The notes under the pieces: generated by a model | Databases searched by the model: none | The model's input: the letters and a program-made list of their open reading frames with translations, nothing else | What the model was told of the DNA's origin: nothing | Part shown: positions 39,207 through 48,276 of the stretch, in pieces | Position numbering within the stretch: position 1 is the stretch's first letter | Layout of the letters: each line of letters opens with the position of its first letter | Source of the DNA: Candidatus Sericytochromatia bacterium | GTDB taxonomy: Bacteria; Cyanobacteriota; Sericytochromatia; S15B-MN24; UBA4093 | Assembly (NCBI GenBank): GCA_036676495.1 | Contig: JAKFCT010000028.1 | Location: 1 to 64,000 of the forward strand | Direction: 5' to 3' | Length of the DNA: 64,000 nt | Made by a program: the position numbers and the translations under genes

Positions 39207-40604
39207 ATGGCGAAGGTCAGCAAGCCCAAGATCAAGTACGTCTGTCAGAACTGCGCTTCCGAGCAACCCCGCTGGATGGGACGCTGCCCCGAGTGCTCCG
39301 AGTGGAACACCATGACCGAGGAAGCCTCCACGCCCGTCACGCCCGCCGCCAAGGCCGCCCGCTCGGTCGTGCCCATTCCCCTGAAGGCCGTGAAGCTGGA
39401 CGCCGAGGAGCGCTTCAGCGCCGGTCTGGAAGAGCTCGATCGGGTGCTGGGGGGCGGCATCGTCCCCGGCTCGCTGGTTCTCCTGGGCGGCGATCCCGGC
39501 ATCGGGAAGTCCACGCTGCTTCTGCAGGTGGCCCAGTACCTGGCCTCCACGGGGAAACGGGTGCTCTACGTCTCGGGGGAGGAATCGGCCCGCCAGATCC
39601 GCATGCGCGCCAAGCGCCTCGGCGCCGAGCATGACGGGCTCTTCGTCCTCGCCGAGAACGACACCACCGTCATCGAGGCGGCGCTCCAGGAGATGCAGCC
39701 GGACTGGGCGGTCATCGATTCGATTCAGGCCATCTACAACCCCCACCTCACCTCCACGGCGGGCTCGGTCTCACAGGTCCGGGCCGCCACCGGCTCGCTG
39801 ATGCGCATCGCCAAGGATCAAGGCGTCAGCCTCTGCATCGTCGGGCATGTCACCAAGGAAGGGACGCTCGCCGGCCCCCGGGTGCTGGAGCACATGGTCG
39901 ACACGGTCCTCTACTTCGAGGGCGATCGCTTCAAGTCCTACCGCCTGGTGCGCGCCGTCAAGAACCGCTTCGGCTCCACCAACGAGGTCGGCATCTTCGA
40001 GATGCGCTCCGACGGGCTCGCCGAGGTCGCCAATCCCTCGGCCCTCTTCCTCGCCGAGCGAACCACCGAGACCACCGGCTCGGCCATCGTCGCCACCATG
40101 GAAGGCACCCGCCCCCTCCTGGTCGAGATCCAGGCCCTCGTGAGCCCCTCCATCCTGGCCTCCCCGCGCCGCGCCGCCAACGGCATCGAGCATAACCGCA
40201 TGGTGCAGGTCCTGGCCGTCCTCGAAAAACGCGTCGGCCTTCCCCTCTCCAAGCACGACGTCTACGTGAACGTCGTGGGGGGCTTATCCATCGACGAGCC
40301 GGCCGGAGACCTCGGAGTCGCCCTCGCCGTCGCCTCCAGCATGCGCGACGTGGCCCTCAAGCCCCAGGCGATCGCCATCGGGGAAGTCGGCCTCAACGGC
40401 GAAGTCCGGGCCGTCAGCTCCCTGGAAGCCCGCCTCAAAGAAGCCCAGAAACTGGGCTTCACCCTGGCCGTCGTCCCCGGGCACAACCTCGACGAAAGCC
40501 TCGCCCTGCCTCCCGGCATGGAGGTCATCGGCGTGACCCGGCTCCTGGACGGCATCGTCAAGTCCACCGTCGCCGCATCCGCCGACGGCGGATCGGCCGG
40601 TTAG
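39207..40604 (+). CDS. radA: DNA repair protein RadA/Sms
   Basis: C4 zinc finger, GDPGIGKSTL, KNRFG, Lon-like C-terminal domain. Confidence 0.97.
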   Translation: MAKVSKPKIKYVCQNCASEQPRWMGRCPECSEWNTMTEEASTPVTPAAKAARSVVPIPLKAVKLDAEERFSAGLEELDRVLGGGIVPGSLVLLGGDPGIGKSTLLLQVAQYLASTGKRVLYVSGEESARQIRMRAKRLGAEHDGLFVLAENDTTVIEAALQEMQPDWAVIDSIQAIYNPHLTSTAGSVSQVRAATGSLMRIAKDQGVSLCIVGHVTKEGTLAGPRVLEHMVDTVLYFEGDRFKSYRLVRAVKNRFGSTNEVGIFEMRSDGLAEVANPSALFLAERTTETTGSAIVATMEGTRPLLVEIQALVSPSILASPRRAANGIEHNRMVQVLAVLEKRVGLPLSKHDVYVNVVGGLSIDEPAGDLGVALAVASSMRDVALKPQAIAIGEVGLNGEVRAVSSLEARLKEAQKLGFTLAVVPGHNLDESLALPPGMEVIGVTRLLDGIVKSTVAASADGGSAG

Positions 40605-40653
40605 CTCGGTCACCGTTCTCGAAGCCGTTCACGTCAGACGAGGAGCTCAATCC

Positions 40654-41655
40654 ATGCAGCAGCGCGTGCTCATCACCGGGGCGACGGGATTTATCGGAGG
40701 GGCGATCGCCCATCGCTGGCTCGCACAGGGGCTGGCCCACCCCGGTGATGTGGAAGTGCGCGTCTTGGTGCGCAATCCAGAGGCTCCTCGGGCGCTCGAA
40801 CTGGCCGCTCGGGGGGCTCGCCTTGTCGTGGGGGACTTGCGCGATGCGGCCTCGTTGGAGCAGGCCTGCGTCGGTTGCGACGTCGTGGTGCATGCGGCCA
40901 CCGACACGGAACTCAGCGATCGCGGCCTCGCATGGCAAATCTCGGTCGAGGGCTCGCGCCAGCTCTATGCCGCGGCCGCCCGGGCGGGAGTCTCGCGCTT
41001 CCTCTTCATCAGTTCCTTCATCGTGTACGGAGGGCTCGAGGCGGCCCTCTCGGAGGACGTGACCCCGGTCGCGTTCGGGGATCTCTATGGTGACGTCAAG
41101 ATCGCCGCCGAAAAGGATCTCACCGAGGCCTCCTCGGCACCCGGCATGCCGCAGCTGACCATTTTGCGCCTGCCGTCGGTCTACGGGGCGCAATCCCCCC
41201 ACTGGACCCTCAAGCCGCTCGACGCCGCCCGGCGAAACCGGGTTTACCTGCCGGGCGGAGGGCGTTTCGGCTTTCCCTACCTTTATATCGACAACCTGGT
41301 GGCAGCCGTGACCCGTGCCGTCCTCAGCGAACGCTACGGGGTCTACAACATCTTCGATGGAATGGTCGCCTACGGGGAGTACATGGCCTACTACTGCTCC
41401 ATGGCAGGGACCCGTCCTCGCAACGTTCCCCTCGCCCTGCTCTTCGTCGCCGGCTGGGTGGGGGGAATCCTCTCCGCCCTCACGGGCCGCTACATCCCGC
41501 TGACGCTCCGAAACGTCCGCAAGATCGCCAAGCCCATGTCCGACACCCCCTTCACTCCGGAAAAGGCCCGCCGAGAACTCGGCTGGGAGCCGCTCGTCAG
41601 CTTGGAGGCGGGGATGGCCGCCATTCGGGCCGACCTCTCGGGACACCCCGCCTAG
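40654..41655 (+). CDS. NAD-dependent epimerase/dehydratase (extended SDR)
   Basis: LITGATGFIG, YGDVK (YxxxK), LRLPSVYG, KARRELGW. Confidence 0.88.
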   Translation: MQQRVLITGATGFIGGAIAHRWLAQGLAHPGDVEVRVLVRNPEAPRALELAARGARLVVGDLRDAASLEQACVGCDVVVHAATDTELSDRGLAWQISVEGSRQLYAAAARAGVSRFLFISSFIVYGGLEAALSEDVTPVAFGDLYGDVKIAAEKDLTEASSAPGMPQLTILRLPSVYGAQSPHWTLKPLDAARRNRVYLPGGGRFGFPYLYIDNLVAAVTRAVLSERYGVYNIFDGMVAYGEYMAYYCSMAGTRPRNVPLALLFVAGWVGGILSALTGRYIPLTLRNVRKIAKPMSDTPFTPEKARRELGWEPLVSLEAGMAAIRADLSGHPA

Positions 41656-41689
41656 CCCTATCGCGCGCGACTGCACCCGAGCGCGCAAG

Positions 41690-41713
41690 AAAAAAGGGAG
41701 GCTTTCGCCTCCC
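41690..41713 (-). terminator. Intrinsic terminator
   Basis: A6-GGGAGGC-tttc-GCCTCCC. Confidence 0.7.
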
Positions 41714-41727
41714 CCTCGTCGCTTGCG

Positions 41728-42831
41728 CTACTTCTCGTAGGAGTCCCGAAGGTCCTTGAGGTCCTGCAGCTCGTCCCGGGTGCTGGACAGCTCGCCCTTG
41801 AGCTTCGTGATGGCCCGCTCCAGCTCGGCGATCTTGTCCGCGATCTCCTCGGCGTTCTCCAGGCGTGCCTTGATAGCATCCCCCAGCACCTCGTCGCGCA
41901 GGGTCTCGAGGTCGGAAATCTTGCGCTCGATCGTGGCAATGGTCTTCTCGGTCTTGACGATCTGCGCGTCGAGCTTGGCGAGCTGCTCCCGGTTCTCGGA
42001 GATCCGCCCGTCGAGCTTATCTTGCTTGCCCCGCAGCAGGTCGATCCGCTGCTGGGTCGCATCCAGCTCCCCTTCCTTGGCGTCACCCTGGGCCTGAAGC
42101 TTGCCACGGCGCAGGTTGAGGAAGTAGCCCTCGACGGAGATGACGGCCTGACGGGTGTTGGTCTCGGTCAGCTTGCCTTCGGTGGCATGCATCCGGTCTT
42201 TTGCTTCGCGAGCCTCCGAGGAAGCCGCTTCCTTGCGGACGTTGCCGAGGACGTCGTCGCCCTGCGCATAGCCCGGAAGGGTCGAGAGGTAATCGGCGTA
42301 GTCCTGAGCGCCCTGCGCCTCGCCGTACTGCTTGCGATGCTGCTTGGCCAGCTCCGCCTCGCGCTTGATCAGGGCATCCTGCTCGACCTTGAGGTCGTCG
42401 ATCTTGGCGTCGACGGCGTCGATCTTGCCGGCAATCTCCGCGATCTCGGCCTTCAGCTGGGATTTCTCGCCCAGGGCTCCGGAAAGGTCTTTCTTGAGCT
42501 CCTCGGCGCGCTTCAGCTTGCGGGCCAGGGCATCGCTCAGCTCGGCGCGCTCGACGTGGGCATCGGCCAGGTCGACCTGATTGCGGTACAGGGCCTTGTT
42601 GAGGGTGGAAATCTCACCGTCGATCCGCATCACCTGCTCGCGGATGGCCGTGCCCGACGCGCCGCGCTTGGGGACGCTGATGTCGATGACGTCCTTCTTG
42701 GGCTTGAGCGAGAGACTGTCCGCGCTCACCGGCTTCGACTCGGCAGCGGGGGGCTCGGTCGGCTTGGAAGGAGCCAGGATGGTCGCCCAGTTGAGGGCCC
42801 CGAGCTTCGATTTCGACACCTGATTATCCAT
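41728..42831 (-). CDS. Long coiled-coil protein with Pro-rich N-terminal leader
   Basis: Heptad-rich sequence throughout; no signal peptide or ATPase motif; GGGAGG RBS. Confidence 0.75.
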   Translation of the reverse strand: MDNQVSKSKLGALNWATILAPSKPTEPPAAESKPVSADSLSLKPKKDVIDISVPKRGASGTAIREQVMRIDGEISTLNKALYRNQVDLADAHVERAELSDALARKLKRAEELKKDLSGALGEKSQLKAEIAEIAGKIDAVDAKIDDLKVEQDALIKREAELAKQHRKQYGEAQGAQDYADYLSTLPGYAQGDDVLGNVRKEAASSEAREAKDRMHATEGKLTETNTRQAVISVEGYFLNLRRGKLQAQGDAKEGELDATQQRIDLLRGKQDKLDGRISENREQLAKLDAQIVKTEKTIATIERKISDLETLRDEVLGDAIKARLENAEEIADKIAELERAITKLKGELSSTRDELQDLKDLRDSYEK

Positions 42832-43042
42832 GGCCAAGTCCTCCCACGATCAACGAGCGTTATTCCCTTTGTTTGTCGCCGGGCCGACGCGCGATCTTGC
42901 GAATCAACGGGTTAAGCTTCGACAAAGCCTGCGCCAGAAGCCCGATCCCGACGGACTTCCGCAAGAAAGCCCAGCGTGCCCGAGATCCAAGCGCTTGCTG
43001 CACTAGAGCATACATACCCGCTACCACGCACTTACTCCCGAC

Positions 43043-43069
43043 GAAAGCTTCCGCCGTTTTTCCCGATAA
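43043..43069 (+). promoter_or_regulatory. sigma28-like promoter of the GH1 gene
   Basis: GAAAG-N14-CCCGATAA. Confidence 0.5.
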
Positions 43070-43108
43070 CCATGAGAAGGTTAAGCTTCGGTAAGGAGGG
43101 GATTAAGC

Positions 43109-44524
43109 ATGGCGGCAAAAAGGCGGCTCGGCCACGGCGCGGTTTTCGGCCGCATCATGGGCATGCTGGGGATCCTGGCCATCCTGGCCGGCTGCGGAGG
43201 CCCGAGCGGCTTCGCCTGGCTGGGAGATAACGGCAAGGCCCGCATCCAGTCGGTACCCGGCTCCGATCAGGCCTTCCCCCCGGGCTTCCTCTGGGGCGTC
43301 GCCACGGCGGGCTACCAGTACGAGGGCGGAGACCAGACCTCCCAGTGGGCCGCCTGGGAGCGCTCCCGCCGGGTCAAGCATGCCATCGGCAACGCCACCG
43401 ACCACTGGAACCGCTGGGAAGAAGACCTTGACCTGGCCAAGGATCTCGGCCTCAACGCGTTCCGCATGAGCATCGAATGGGCCCGCATCGAGCCGGAGCG
43501 CGGCCGCATCGACCCCGCGGCCGTGAAGCACTACCATCAGGTGATCGACGGCCTGCGCGCCCGGGGCATGGAGCCCGTCGTGACCCTCGTTCACTTCGCC
43601 TACCCCGCATGGCTCGATCGGCCGCTATCCGGCGGCGAGGGCGGCTGGGAATCCGACGAGACCGTCTCCGAGTTCCGCCGCTACGCCTCCTGGGCGGCCC
43701 AAGAGTACGGAAGCAAAGTTCGCTGGTGGATCACGCTCAACGAGCCCAACACGGCGGGCCTCACCGGCTACATTGCAGGCGTTCATCCCCCGGGGAAACG
43801 CAACCCCTTCGCCTTCGCCAAGGCCATGGAGCGCATGGCCCGCGCTCATCAGGCCGGTTTCGAGGCGATCCACGCCTCGGATCCCGACGCGCAGGTCTCG
43901 ATCAACCCCTTCATCTTCCATCGCCGGCAGCATGCCCCCAACTACGAGATGCAAGCGAGCCAGGACCTCAACGACTTCAGCCTGCTCGACCGCCTGGCCC
44001 CCCCGGTGGGCGAGGCCGGAACGCCTCCGACGGAACGAACCGATAAGCGCTTCCTCGATTACGTGGCCTTCGACTACTACTACGCCCTGGGCTTCTGGGA
44101 CGTGACCAAGATCGGCACCTTCTGGGAATGGCCCATCTACCCCGAAGGGATGTACGAGGTCTCCAAGAAGCTCTACGAACGCTACCGCCTCCCGCTCTTC
44201 GTGGCGGAGAACGGCTTCGCCACCGAAGCCGACAACCCGCGCAAGGACGGCTGGACCCGGGAGGCCTTCCTGGTGAACCACCTGGCTCAGCTGCGCAAGG
44301 CCATGGCCGAAGGCGTGCCGGTCCTGGGCTACATGCACTGGTCCCTGACGGATAACTACGAGTGGGGCACGTACACCCCCCGCTTCGGGCTCTACGGGAT
44401 CGATCGGCGGGATCCCGAGCTGCGCCGCTTCCGGACCGGCGGAGCCGAGGTCTACCGGCAAATCGCCTCCAGCAACCGCCTTCCCGAATCCTTGCTCCAG
44501 CGCTACCTGGGACGGCGGAACTAG
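43109..44524 (+). CDS. Glycoside hydrolase family 1 lipoprotein
   Basis: Lipobox LAGC; FPPGFLWGVATAGYQYEG, TLNEP (acid/base), VAENG (nucleophile), WSLTDNYEW. Confidence 0.92.
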   Translation: MAAKRRLGHGAVFGRIMGMLGILAILAGCGGPSGFAWLGDNGKARIQSVPGSDQAFPPGFLWGVATAGYQYEGGDQTSQWAAWERSRRVKHAIGNATDHWNRWEEDLDLAKDLGLNAFRMSIEWARIEPERGRIDPAAVKHYHQVIDGLRARGMEPVVTLVHFAYPAWLDRPLSGGEGGWESDETVSEFRRYASWAAQEYGSKVRWWITLNEPNTAGLTGYIAGVHPPGKRNPFAFAKAMERMARAHQAGFEAIHASDPDAQVSINPFIFHRRQHAPNYEMQASQDLNDFSLLDRLAPPVGEAGTPPTERTDKRFLDYVAFDYYYALGFWDVTKIGTFWEWPIYPEGMYEVSKKLYERYRLPLFVAENGFATEADNPRKDGWTREAFLVNHLAQLRKAMAEGVPVLGYMHWSLTDNYEWGTYTPRFGLYGIDRRDPELRRFRTGGAEVYRQIASSNRLPESLLQRYLGRRN

Positions 44525-44608
44525 CTTCCGCCGCCAGCGAAGTCTCGCTTCATGCTGGACCTCCGCGACGGATTCGACGATGATGGCCTCGGGAAGGACC
44601 GAGGAGAA

Positions 44609-47419
44609 ATGACCACCATGACGCGAGACCTCCGGGACCGGGATGCTCCCTTGCGCCGGGACATCCGCTGGCTGGGCACCCTGCTGGGCGAGACCCTGAT
44701 CGAGCAAGCTGGACGGGGCCTCTTCGAGACCGAAGAGCGCCTGCGCATCCTCAGCAAGCGTTACCGCCGGCATCCGACCACCATGCGCCAGGATCAGATC
44801 GCCGGCATCATCCGCGGCCTCGGCATCGACGAGGCCATCGGGGTGATCCGGGCCTTCTCGCTCTACTTCGGGCTGGTCAACCTGGCCGAGCAACACCACC
44901 GCGTGCGGCGGCGGCGAGAAGTCCGGCTCTCGGGCGATCGCCCCCAGCGCGGCTCCCTGACCGAGACCTTGCGCCTCCTGAGAGAGAAGGACCTCGATGC
45001 CGCCGCCGTGAGAGCCCTCCTGAGGCGGATCGAGGTGGGCCTCGTGGTCACGGCCCATCCCACCGAGCCGAACCGCAAGACGGTCCTCGGGCAGTGGCAC
45101 GCCGTGACCCAGGATCTCGCGGCCTGGGACGATCCCCGGCTCGGCCCCCGTGAGCGCGATCGCCTTGAAGCCGGGATTCGCGAGACCCTGACGGCCGTCT
45201 GGCAGACCGACGAGGTGCGGCACCGCCGCCCCACGGTCTACGACGAGCAGAACGCGGCGCTCTTCTACTTCCGGGAATCGCTGCTCGACGCGATCCCCCG
45301 CCTTTACGACGAACTGGGCCACGAGTTCCAGACCACCTTCGGTGAGCCCCTGGGGGATCCTCCCCTGCTGGTCAGCTTCGGCACCTGGATCGGGGGCGAT
45401 CGCGACGGCAACCCCTTCGTGACCCCCGAGGCCACCCGCGAGGCGATGCGCCGGCAACGCGCTTTCATGCTCGAGCATTACCTCGACGAGCTCGGCGAGC
45501 TCGTCGTCGAGCTCAGCCTCTCTCGGCGCCGCGTCGGCATCTCCGACGAGCTGAAAGAGACCATCGACGCCTATCTCGCACAGCTGCCACTCGACGAGAC
45601 GGTCCATCCCTGGCTGGAGCGCAACGAAGAGGAGCCCTACCGCCGCTTCATCACCCTGATGGGCTTCCGGCTCCGGCGCAGCCTCGAGGGACGCGAAGGC
45701 GGCTATGCGGCCTGCGATGCGTTCGGGGCGGACCTTGATCGGATGGACCGGAGCCTTCGCGCGCACCGGGGCGAGCGGCTGGCCGACGGCAGGCTTCAAA
45801 CCCTGCGCCTCAAGGCCCGCACCTTCGGCTTCTACCTGGCGGCGCTCGACATTCGCCAGAACAGCCGCGTCCACGAAGAGGCCATGACCGATGCCCTGGC
45901 CGTCGCCGGGGTCATCACGGGCTACCAGGACCTCCCCGAGCATTCGAAGCAGGCCATCCTGCTGCGCGAGCTGGAGAACCCCCGCCCCCTGCTGCCCCCG
46001 GACGCTCCGCTCACGCCCGAGGCGCGCGAGACCTTCGAGACCTTCGTCGCGTTGAAAGACTGCCAGGACATGGCGGGAGCATGTGCGGTCGAAGACTACA
46101 TCGTCAGCATGACCTGCGCGCCGAGCCACCTCTTGGAGGTGCTCGTCATGGCCAAGGAGGCGGGACTCTACCGGTGGTACCCCGGTAGGCAGAACCTCGG
46201 GAGGCAAGGCCCAGGGGGGCAGAGCCCCCAGGGGGTCGTCTCTCGGCTGAACGTGGTGCCCCTCTTCGAGACCATCGAGGATCTGCGGGCCTCCGCGGCG
46301 ATCATGGCCAAGCTCTGGTCGTTCGCTCCCTACCGGGAGGCCTTGCGGAGCCTGGGCGATCGCCAGGAAGTCATGATCGGCTACTCCGACTCCAACAAGG
46401 ACGGCGGGATCCTGACCTCCAATTGGGAGCTTTACAAGGCCCAACGCGACCTGAGCCGGCTGGCACGATCGCATGGCATTGCGCTGCGGCTCTTTCACGG
46501 CCGCGGAGGCACGGTGAGCCGGGGCGGCGGGCCGACCTACGAGGCGATCCTGGCGCAACCCCCGGGCTCGGTGTCGGGGGCAATCAAGCTCACCGAGCAA
46601 GGGGAAGTGCTGGCCTGGAAGTACGGAGTGCCCGATCTCGCCGATCGCAACCTCGAGCAGGCGCTCTCCGCGACGATCCTGGCGAGCCGCGAAGAGCTGG
46701 CGGATCTCAACCGGGTCCGGGAGCGCGATGCGGCGATGGAGCGGATCTCCCAGACCGCCTTCGAAGCGTACCGGCGCGTGGTCTACGAAGATCCCGGCTT
46801 TCTCCAGTTCTTTCAGCAGGCCACACCCTTGGCCGAGATCGAGTCGCTCAAGATCGGGTCGCGGCCGGCCCGGCGGCGCAAGGAAGGCGGGATCGAGACG
46901 CTGCGGGCCATCCCCTGGACGTTCGCGTGGATCCAGACGCGCTTTCTCTTGCCGAGCTGGCTGGGGGCCGGGACCGCCTTGATGGCAGGCCTCGCCGAGG
47001 CGGGCGGGCGGGAGCGGCTGCAGGCCTGGTACCGGGACTGGAGCTACTTCCGGACGCTGATCGGAAACGTCGAGGTCTCCTTGGCGAAGGCGGACATGGC
47101 AATCGCCCGGCGCTACGCGGACCTGGTCGAGGATCCCGCGGTGCGCGAGCGGATCTGGGGCGAGGTGCATGCGGAGTTCGAGCGGGCCCGCGAGGCGGTG
47201 CTGGCCATCTCGGGACAGCGCGAGCTGCTCGAGCGCAATCCGGTCCTTCAGCGGTCGATTCGCCTGCGCAACCCGTACGTGGATCCCTTGAGTCACTTGC
47301 AAGTCGAGCTGTTGCGGCGCAAGCGTCGGGGGGAGGCCCCGGACGAGGCGCAACGCCTGGATTCGGCCCTGGCGCTGACGGTAACGGGAATCGCCGCGGG
47401 GCTTCGCAACTCCGGGTGA
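44609..47419 (+). CDS. ppc: Phosphoenolpyruvate carboxylase
   Basis: TAHPTE, WIGGDRDGNP, QEVMIGYSDSNKDGG, FHGRGG, LRAIPW, C-terminal LRNSG. Confidence 0.97.
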   Translation: MTTMTRDLRDRDAPLRRDIRWLGTLLGETLIEQAGRGLFETEERLRILSKRYRRHPTTMRQDQIAGIIRGLGIDEAIGVIRAFSLYFGLVNLAEQHHRVRRRREVRLSGDRPQRGSLTETLRLLREKDLDAAAVRALLRRIEVGLVVTAHPTEPNRKTVLGQWHAVTQDLAAWDDPRLGPRERDRLEAGIRETLTAVWQTDEVRHRRPTVYDEQNAALFYFRESLLDAIPRLYDELGHEFQTTFGEPLGDPPLLVSFGTWIGGDRDGNPFVTPEATREAMRRQRAFMLEHYLDELGELVVELSLSRRRVGISDELKETIDAYLAQLPLDETVHPWLERNEEEPYRRFITLMGFRLRRSLEGREGGYAACDAFGADLDRMDRSLRAHRGERLADGRLQTLRLKARTFGFYLAALDIRQNSRVHEEAMTDALAVAGVITGYQDLPEHSKQAILLRELENPRPLLPPDAPLTPEARETFETFVALKDCQDMAGACAVEDYIVSMTCAPSHLLEVLVMAKEAGLYRWYPGRQNLGRQGPGGQSPQGVVSRLNVVPLFETIEDLRASAAIMAKLWSFAPYREALRSLGDRQEVMIGYSDSNKDGGILTSNWELYKAQRDLSRLARSHGIALRLFHGRGGTVSRGGGPTYEAILAQPPGSVSGAIKLTEQGEVLAWKYGVPDLADRNLEQALSATILASREELADLNRVRERDAAMERISQTAFEAYRRVVYEDPGFLQFFQQATPLAEIESLKIGSRPARRRKEGGIETLRAIPWTFAWIQTRFLLPSWLGAGTALMAGLAEAGGRERLQAWYRDWSYFRTLIGNVEVSLAKADMAIARRYADLVEDPAVRERIWGEVHAEFERAREAVLAISGQRELLERNPVLQRSIRLRNPYVDPLSHLQVELLRRKRRGEAPDEAQRLDSALALTVTGIAAGLRNSG

Positions 47420-47535
47420 CTCGCTTTACAAGCGTTCAAGCAAACCGTACACTGGATGTCCACGTAGACCCCATCGCGGTCCCTGGATCGATCGTGGGAT
47501 TGGTCCAGTCAACTTGCACCATAGGAGGTACTCTG

Positions 47536-48009
47536 GTGAAGCGAACCCTTACGCTGGCGCTCGCCCTCGCGGCCTCGATCTCCCTGGTTGGCTGTCAGCC
47601 TTCCGAGGAGCAAGGCGCCGAAACCACTCCCCCTGCCACCGAGAGCCCGGCGGCGGAAGCCCCCGCTGGCGAGACCCCGGCGGCCACCGAGGGCGCAGCC
47701 CCCGGCGGACAGCAGGTTGCTGGCGCCCCCGCGGGCGTCGACCTCGCAGCGGGCCAGCAGATCTTCGCGACCAACTGCGCCACCTGCCACGGTCCCCAGG
47801 GCGCTGGCGACGGCCCCGCGGCCTCGGCGCTGAACCCCCGGCCGACCGACCTGGCTGCCGGCCCCTACAAGCACGTCGGCGACTTCGCCACCTGGAAGGG
47901 CGTCGTCGCGAACGGCGTCCCCGGCACCGGCATGGCGCCTTGGTCCGGCACCCTCTCCGAGGACCAGATCAACAACGTCACGGCCTACGCACTCTCGCTC
48001 AAGAAGTAA
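47536..48009 (+). CDS. Lipoprotein mono-heme c-type cytochrome
   Basis: GTG after AGGAGG, lipobox LVGC, Pro/Ala linker, CATCH heme site, axial Met in GTGMAPW. Confidence 0.9.
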   Translation: MKRTLTLALALAASISLVGCQPSEEQGAETTPPATESPAAEAPAGETPAATEGAAPGGQQVAGAPAGVDLAAGQQIFATNCATCHGPQGAGDGPAASALNPRPTDLAAGPYKHVGDFATWKGVVANGVPGTGMAPWSGTLSEDQINNVTAYALSLKK

Positions 48010-48039
48010 GCCTAGCGCGCGCCGCGAATTTTCCGGCAA

Positions 48040-48076
48040 GCAACAGCGGCCGGCCCGATGGGCCGGCCGCTGTTTC
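48040..48076. repeat. Inverted pair of repeat-family end segments forming a hairpin
   Basis: GCAACAGCGGCCGGCCC-gat-GGGCCGGCCGCTGTTTC. Confidence 0.55.
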
Positions 48077-48099
48077 AGTGTCAGGGGCATGACGCCAAT

Positions 48100-48132
48100 A
48101 AAAAAGCCGGCCTCCCCTGAGGGAGGCCGGCT
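48100..48132 (-). terminator. Terminator downstream of tRNA-fMet
   Basis: A6-GCCGGCCTCCC-ctga-GGGAGGCCGGCT. Confidence 0.8.
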
Positions 48133-48134
48133 GA

Positions 48135-48209
<75 letters not shown>

Positions 48210-48221
48210 TCAGGAATACCT

Positions 48222-48250
48222 AGATTACCACCCTTCCGCGTTCGACGCAA
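48222..48250 (-). promoter_or_regulatory. sigma70 promoter of tRNA-fMet
   Basis: TTGCGT-N17-TAATCT. Confidence 0.6.
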
Positions 48251-48276
48251 GCAGTAAGCAAGCCTTATCGCGAACC

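Noticed and set aside
43625-47353. 1242-aa antisense ORF and similar long shadow ORFs (765..2423, 9868..11727, 20769..22892, 37356..39746, 56747..58531)
   Set aside because: They lie opposite well-supported genes; scarcity of stop codons on the antisense strand is expected in GC-rich coding DNA; no motifs.
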